Assembly: GCF_009914755.1 (NCBI RefSeq)
Contig: NC_060947.1
Source: the human T2T-CHM13v2.0 reference genome, Homo sapiens
Length of the DNA: 64,000 nucleotides
Strand: one strand, 5' to 3'
The notes under the pieces were generated by a model, which saw nothing but the letters and a program-made list of their open reading frames with translations, had not been told where the DNA came from and searched no databases. The translations under genes were made by a program, and so were the position numbers. Below, in pieces: positions 46,520-64,000 of the stretch (positions are counted from its first letter, which is position 1; every line of letters starts with the position of its first letter).

Positions 46520-47270
46520 ACCCCCGAAGCGGGGAGGGCCGCTGTGGCCTTCGTCACAGCCGCGCAGTGCCCATGGAGGCGCTGCTGCCACCTTCCTCTC
46601 CCAAGTTCTTTCTCCATCCCTCTCCTCTTCCCGCCGCGCCGCTAGCCCGCCTCGGTGTCTATGCAAGGCCGCTTCGCCATTGCGGTATTCTTTGCGGTAT
46701 TCTTGTCCCCGTCCCCCAGAAGGCTCGCCTCTCCCCGTGGACCCTGTTAATCCCAATAAAATTCTGAGCAAGTTCAGAGTGCCGCTTCGAGTCTTTTGTT
46801 TAGCCTGGTGCCCCGGCCCCAGCGGTCAGTTTCCCCCAGGCCCACACGTAGCCGCCTGGCCTACGCAGTATCCTGCAACATGCTAGTTGCGGGGGTTTGG
46901 CGGGTGGGGGGCGAGCTCCGCCAGGCCGCAGAGGCGTTGCGTCAGACCAATGCGGATCATCCTGGCCAATGGCAGTGCGAGGCTGAGGAAGCCCCTCCTT
47001 CTCCTGGCGCCCGCAGCGGACCCAGCCAGGTAGCGAAGGGCTTCCCACGCCTTCCCCTCTGGCGCATGCGTGTAGAGACATCCTGCGTCCTAGAACATCC
47101 ATTTATCAGTGATTCATCTTTTAATTTATAGTGCGTCAAACCTTTCCTCGGGCCTAGAGTGAGCGGGGCGTGGGGAGCCAAAGGAATTCATTTTCCTCAT
47201 TCGCATTTAGTAAAAATAAAACACGACTTCGGTCCGGATATCACAACCCAATTATGCAGGAGCGCTCTCT
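46520..47270. promoter_or_regulatory. CpG-rich promoter/enhancer-like element spanning the TSPYL2 3' end
   Basis: High CpG; CCAAT at 46947 and 46966, CRE-like tgcgtca at 46938, NRF1-like gcgcatgcgt at 47062. Confidence 0.6.
46755..46760 (+). terminator. TSPYL2: TSPYL2 polyadenylation signal AATAAA
   Basis: AATAAA ~580 nt after the stop, with a GT/T-rich element (gtcttttgttt) ~30 nt downstream. Confidence 0.85.
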
Positions 47271-47774
47271 TGCCTTTGGGAAGGGGTGCAGAGTCCCTAG
47301 AGCTGGGCTTGGGGGAGAAGGCAGAAAAGATAGCTCAAGCAGAGAAGTATCCGTAGAGATAAAGGAAAAACAAAGGGGAATTAACTATGTAACTGTGCGA
47401 AGGGGTGGAAACGTAGGGAGTTGGACATCTGAAAAACAGGCTTTATCCGGGAGACCTTGGAAAGGCTGAGTTATATTAAATTTAGATACATAAATTTTAT
47501 CTCGGTGGGCGCCAGGAATATTTCCCAGATTTGTTCTGGATCACAATAACTTTTATTCAGACATCCGAGTCGGTCTTTTATAACATATCTCCCGAACTTT
47601 CCATCCAACGCCTTTATTTTGCTGGAAGGCTTCAGATATGGTTAGATTTGCGTTTTAGAGAATGCCCTCTGCTGGCTGCCAGGAGAACTGACTGGAAGGA
47701 AGGACAGCAGTAAGGAAATAGACGCTAGACCTCAGGTGGGATTGGCAAGATGGGGGCGGATATGAGAGGTTTTT

Positions 47775-48500
47775 AAAATAAACTTAATTTCAGAACAGTT
47801 TTAAATTTACAGAATTATTGTGAAGATAACAGAGAAGTCCCGTATGTCCCACAGCCAGTTTTCCTTATTAACAGTTTACATTTCTGTGATACATTCGTCA
47901 CAATTAATGAACCAATATCAGTACATTATTATTAACTAAGGTCCATACTTTATTCCAGTTTCCTTAGTTTTAACTTAATGTCCTTTTTCTGTTCCAGGAT
48001 TCCATTCAGAATAGCACACTACATTTAGTCATCTTGTGTCCTTAAGCTCCTCTTGGCTATGACACTCTCTCAGGCTTTCCTTGTTTTTGATGACCTGGAG
48101 TCATTTGAGGAGTACTGGTCAGATATTTTATAGAATGTCCCTTAATCAGGATTTGTCTGATGTTTTCTCTCATGATTAAACTGAGGATATGAGTTTGGGG
48201 AAGGAAGACCACAGAAGACAAATGTCATTCTCACTAGATCATATCAAGGGCATGTACTATCAATGTGATTTATCACTGTTGATGTTAACTTTGATCACCT
48301 GGCTGAGGTAGTGTCTGTCAGGTTTCTCCACTGTAAAGCTACTCCTCTTTCTCTTTTTCCATGCTGTACTCTTTGGAAGGAAGCCAAGTAAGCGCAGCCC
48401 GTGCTTAGGGAATGAGGAGTTATGCTCCATTTCCTTGAGAGGGAAGTATGTACATAAATTAATTGGAATTCTTCTGCAAGAGCAATTTGTCTATTCTATG
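47775..48500 (-). mobile_element. Old L1 (L1MC-like) 3'-end fragment
   Basis: Typical text 'tacattattattaactaaggtccatactttattc...ctgtcaggtttctccactgtaaag'. Confidence 0.7.
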
Positions 48501-49861
48501 AGAGCTTTTAAGATGTTGGACTCCACAGGCTTTAGATATGGAAGGAGAGGGATTCAGAGGAGTCAAGATGACTGCCAGGTTGGTGTGAGACCTTTGGCAA
48601 GGCCCCTTCCCTCTCTGGGCCTCCTCTGTGAGATGGTTGGAATACCAGATCCTTGACATGTCTCTCCAATGATTCTGATAAATGTTTTGGGGGGGACAGG
48701 ATGGAGGCTTTGATGTGCTGTCAGAGGTGGGCAGGGAGGACTGAGGCCCAGAAAGGGGAATGTCTTGCCCAAAGTAACACAATACCTCGAGGCCAGAGCT
48801 GAGAGTGCAGGATCCCAGAGAAAAGAGACATCTACATGCAATATCTGGAGCCAACCCCAATGAGTATGCGGTGAAGAGGAGGGGAGGGGAAAGCAGCAGG
48901 GGCAAAGGCAATGGAGTAGGCCGGAGTAGGCCAGAAAGAGGTCAGCCTGCCAAAGGATCCCAGCCAATCAGAGCCAGAGTAGCCAGTCTGGTTACTCTTG
49001 CCTCAGTCTGCCCTACCTCACAACATGACTCTCCTTGTCCTCTCTAGAGGGCCTCAGTTTTCCTATCTATAAACTGAGGCTTATCGTGCAGGGGGATCAG
49101 TCCAGGAGAAGCAACCTGCCTAAGGTCTCAAGACAGAGTCTAGCCTTGAAGCAGGTCTCTGAAGTCTGGCCTTCACTGTGCTCTTCCCTGATTCCTCTCT
49201 GTCCCCCCAATCAAATCCCCAGCCCCTCATCCTGGCATTTGAGACTCTTCTTCACCCACCCTGTTAGAGAGGGCCTCTGGTCTTCATCTTCAGTGATGCT
49301 CTTAAGAGTCAATCATAGTATTCTAGTATAGTTGGCCAGGGTGCTCATGTCCTCGGCTGAGCCATGTGAGGACAGGATGTTCTTTGCCCAGAGTAACATG
49401 TTGTTCCCTGTGCCCTCACTCTTCAGTCTGGACCTCCGAAAGAGAGGGCTGTTCTAGGTCTTTAAGGTCACATCTAGCTCCAAGATACTGTCTTCGCTGA
49501 AGGCCAGAGAAGACAGGCCCCATTGGCTGAGACCTTAAACAGAAACCAGGAGGATGAAGAGTCATGGGCCCAATGTGCCCTAGGGCCTGTTCCCATGTTG
49601 AAACTACTTGTCTTCATATGCTTCCTAGCTTGCCCTCGCTCCTTTGCAGCAGAGGGCCCTGCTCCTGGGTGGGAGGTTCCTGGGATTTCCTGGGACCAGA
49701 CCTTTAAAGTGCCACCTACTTCTGTGAGTAGAATCGGATTGGCAGGGACAAAACTAGATTCAAGAATGTCCCTCCTTAGGTGACCCAAAGGGCTGGCACT
49801 GGCTCCCCCAGTTGGGGGTGTGCAGGATGGTTGGGAAGGAATCCTATTATTCATTCAGTAA

Positions 49862-50222
<361 letters not shown>

Positions 50223-50227
50223 AATAG

Positions 50228-51629
<1,402 letters not shown>

Positions 51630-52079
51630 TCAAGCCAGTCAGTTTGCCTCTCTGGGCCATAAGTTCTGTCCGCCTGAATACTGGGAAAGAATTGGGAGGA
51701 GAGAACTTAATTATTTATGCCCCAGGCAACTGATCTATATTTGCCCTCTCATTTAATCCTCACACATTGTGAGGAAAATTTTAAAACATCTTTCCATTTC
51801 CAGATGGTTAAACTGAGGCTCCTAGCGAGGTTGTCACTTGACCAATGTCTCAGCAGGTATCAGGGACTGGTAGGTGACACGCCACATCCCCATAACCACC
51901 TCATCCTCCATGCATGGAATAAGGAACTCTGCTCACTTTGAGCGAGAGAAACCTGGCTTAGGAATCTCTGCAGGTGGGTGTGGAACTGTGAGAAACTAGG
52001 GGCAGAATCGCGTCTCTTAGCAGAGCGGTGGCAGTGCAAGGTGGCTTATGGAGAGTAAAACGTCAAAGAAGCCAGGCAT

Positions 52080-52830
52080 CTCGATTGTGCAGTGACTCGG
52101 CGCCTGGCGTGGCTTCCGGCTTCCCGCCTGCGTATTCCCAAGTAGCCGCCTGAAGACCTGTCGAATAGACAGGCAAAGGGCCATGACAAGCACTCCTTTC
52201 CTGGCCAATCCTATTAAAGGGTGGGCTTGGCTCTTTAACCAATCAAAGTCCCCCGAAGGGGCGGAGTTTTCCTCGGTTTGGCTCTAAGCCTCGGGGGTAA
52301 AAATAAAATGTTTCCATCCCCAGCCAATCCCTGGAAAGGCAGAAGGGCACTCCTCCAATGGGAGCCGGGGAGCCGTCGGTAGCGGCGTAGGCCCGTGCCC
52401 CTGCTCGCGCTGCAGCCCGTGGAAGGGTTCCGTCCAGCGTATCCTTCAGATCTTGCTGTAGGCCTCTGGTGTCTGTGCGCGCGCGGCAGGGGCGGCGGCG
52501 GCGACGGCCGGAGGTGTACGGTGAGAAGCCATAAAGACGGGGCGGTGGGGGGAGTGGCAGCGGGAAGAGGCCGGCCGAAGCGCGCGAGGGGTGGGGCCTG
52601 CGCGAGCTTTTACTGGGGCGGCCTCTCAACCCTAGGTCAGCGGGTTGCGGAGGATCGTGCGGGTCGCAAAGGGAAGCCGAGTGCTCCTGCGGCTCCCAGA
52701 CTGCAACCAGGTGAGTACCCTGCGGAGCGGTCGGTGCCCGTTGCTGCCCTCCCGCGGCCCCACCTCCCACCCTCAGTGTCTTTCGAAACGGTTCCATGCA
52801 GGTCTGCCGCTCACGTGATCGTCTGCGTGC
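52080..52830 (+). promoter_or_regulatory. CpG island promoter with four co-oriented CCAAT boxes and ETS-like sites
   Basis: CCAAT at 52205, 52239, 52324 and 52355; cttccggcttcccgcc ~52113; dense CpG. Confidence 0.8.
52375..52710 (+). ncRNA. KANTR: Probable first exon of KANTR (KDM5C-adjacent transcript); start approximate
   Basis: Perfect donor CAG|GTGAGT at 52710/52711 downstream of the CCAAT cluster; identity rests on recalled gene order GPR173-TSPYL2-KANTR, not on sequence homology. Confidence 0.6.
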
Positions 52831-54099
52831 GTGTCTGTCTTTGCATCCCCTCTCCCATCTCTGTCTCTGTCCCACTTTTTGAGACGTAGTAGATATAAGA
52901 TGCTGAATCCTGACCAGTTTAAACTAGCTATGAAACCTTGAGCTATCTCCTTCACCAGCCTGGGCCTCAGTTTCCTCATCTGCCAAATGGGGGTCTGATA
53001 ATGTGTACCTGAGACAATGCATGTGCATTACTTTGCCCTGCACCCGGTCCTTAGAAAATTTTCAATAAATAATGACTATCTTGACTGAAAAGAATATTGT
53101 CTCTCTTGGTTTCTGTCTTTTCTCTGTCTCTGACCCTTCCTCCATTGGATCTTTCTGAATGCTTCTGTCTTTCTCTGTTACTGTTTTTCCTCTTTTTACC
53201 CGTCTCTTTCTCAACCCTAAAGAGGTTAGAGGTGCATAGTTTATAGCAATAAGTTTTACCCCCGAGGACATGAGCTTAGCCTGGGGCTCCGACCTGTTCT
53301 GTGGGTAAAAAATGGAGCCTGGCTTTGGGTTGCTTCTGGTGTCATTGAAGAGAGAACTCTCTTTGCTCCCCAGCCTACTCTGTTAAACAGGTAGAGACAC
53401 CCAAAGTTGGGAGCAACTTAGATTAAAAACCACTTTTTAATAGCCCCTTATCCTATATAATGTTAGTCACCACAGGAAGCCCACAGATCTCCTGGTTATG
53501 TCTCCATACAGCCCTGGACATCCTATTTTCTATTTCCATCCTGAAATCCTTTGACCAGGCCTTAAGGAACTCACCTTCAGTTATCAGCAAAATTCCCTCC
53601 ATTCTCATCCTGGCTTCTGAATACTCCCTTTATTTTCTTGCTATGCTTTGGTCGTTCTCATACCTGTTGGACCCAACATTGCTTTTTTTTTTTAATAAGG
53701 TGTATTTTGAAATGCTTCACTATTCTAAAATGAAATGGATAGAAAATAGAATCTGTCTACACCCATAATTCCCTGAAAACCAATATAATGCCCTAATTGT
53801 AATATAGAGAGTAGTAAAGGAAGAGTAATATATAATATTATATTATACATATATCGCACATATATATGCGAAGACTGGGATATGACTCCATTAGAAGACA
53901 TGATGAAATGGTCTTACACTTAATGATAGTGACAGCTACATGTGTGTTGATTGGTGATTCAGAAGCCACAGGTAGAGTGACACAGTTTTCCTAAATAATG
54001 AACAATTCTTCACAAAGTTCTAAACAAAACAATGTGGAAGAGTTTCTCAGTTTATATGGTCGTTAAATTTCTGGAAAAATCAGTATATATTAATATCCA

Positions 54100-54599
54100 T
54101 GATGAGACCCTCTTAATCTCCCTGACCTTATCTCCCACCACTCTCCCCCCTTGCTCACTCTATCTACCCATGCTGGCCACCTTACTATTACTTGAACACC
54201 TTAGGCACACTTCCGCCTCAGGGGTTTTGCATTCCGTGTATCTGGAATGCTCTTTCCTCAAATACCCACAAGGCTCAGGCCCTTGCTTCCTTCAGGCCTC
54301 TACTCAGCTGTCACTTTCTCAGAGGGCCCCCCAACCATCCTGTTTAAAATTGCAGCTCTCCCCTAATATGCCCCTGCTCTGTCTGTTCCATGGTATTCTA
54401 CACCTTTTTCACAGTGTAGCATTAACTGCTTAGTATGTTTGCTGTTTATTGTCTGACTCTCCCACTCAATTATAAGCTCCAGAAGGGCAGGGATTTTTGT
54501 CTTTTTTGTTCTATGATACATTCCTATTACCTAAAATAGTGCTTGACACCTAGTAGACTTTCTCAATGAATGTTTGTTGAATGAATAAAAGAACAAATG

Positions 54600-54600
<1 letters not shown>
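54100..54600 (+). mobile_element. L2 LINE 3' end
   Basis: 'taagctccagaagggcagggattttt...tcaatgaatgtttgttgaatgaat'. Confidence 0.75.
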
Positions 54601-56343
<1,743 letters not shown>

Positions 56344-56376
56344 CTATCAAAACTAGAAAATTAACATTGATACATA

Positions 56377-60479
<4,103 letters not shown>

Positions 60480-60481
60480 TA

Positions 60482-60900
60482 CTCTTAACGAAACTACAGG
60501 GTTTATTTAGATTACATCAGTTTTTCACTAGTGCCACTTTTCTTTTCAAGGATTCAGTTCAGGCTCCCACATTACATTTAGTTATCATGCCTCCTTAGGC
60601 TCTTCCAATATGGAACAGTTCTTGAGTCTTTCTTTGTCTTTTATGATTTTGATCATTTAGAAGACTCCTGGACAGTTATTTCATAGAATTTGGGTTTGTC
60701 TCAAGTTTCACTGTGATTATATTCAAGTTATGTAATTTTGGTGAGAATACCGCAGAAGAGAAGTTATGTCTTCAGTGCTTCCTATCAGGAGGCATGTGAT
60801 GTCATTTTGTCCTGATACCAGTTTTGTTGACTTTGATTCCTTGTTTAAGGTGGTGTCTGTCAGGTTTTTCCACTATAGTTCCCCTTTTTTCTTTCATGAA
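60482..60900 (-). mobile_element. Old L1 3'-end fragment; continuation of the L1 at ~55900-56374 that Tigger1 interrupted
   Basis: 'ttaacattgataca' before and 'ctcttaacgaaactacag..ttatttagatt' after the Tigger read as contiguous L1M-like sequence. Confidence 0.6.
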
Positions 60901-61112
60901 ATATGTTGGGATTATATAAATATCAACAACCTTGTTGTAAATCTCATATCATCAGAATATACCATCAGCTACCACTCTGTATCATCATATACAGACATAC
61001 ACCCATATCTGCCCATCATTACCATTTCTAAATGAATTTAGCTGTGATCTCACTGTCATTCTCTTTAACACTGGTCCAGTCCTAATTCTTGGTGATTTTA
61101 ATATCTTTGTAG

Positions 61113-64000
<2,888 letters not shown>

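Overview
Human (primate) genomic DNA, recognisable as the Xp11.22 GPR173-TSPYL2-KANTR interval. All three genes read on the + strand. GPR173 (SREB3) has a non-coding first exon ending at a donor at 6082, a ~28.7 kb intron and a single coding exon (CDS 34858-35979, 373 aa). TSPYL2 has 7 coding exons (40735-46175) that I joined by hand into 693 aa. A CpG/CCAAT promoter with a first-exon donor at 52710 fits the KANTR transcript, an assignment based on recalled gene order. The rest is Alu-dense and includes a full LTR-internal-LTR MST (MaLR) element, a Tigger1 with both termini, L1/L2/MIR/MER fragments, ~7 kb of TG-rich low-complexity DNA and a ~2.65 kb nearly pure AT array. I found no convincing new protein-coding gene; most ORF-track hits are Alu or simple-repeat artefacts. 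The most notable observations are: a U12-type TSPYL2 intron 1 filled with two ancient minisatellites; a 101-bp fold-back palindrome around four perfect 32-mers at the 5' junction of a truncated AluY; a second fold-back insertion 3 kb away; a palindromic AT-rich minisatellite array; and a ~95-bp duplicated module at the KANTR promoter. Repeat family names come from pattern recognition, not a database search, and repeat boundaries are approximate.
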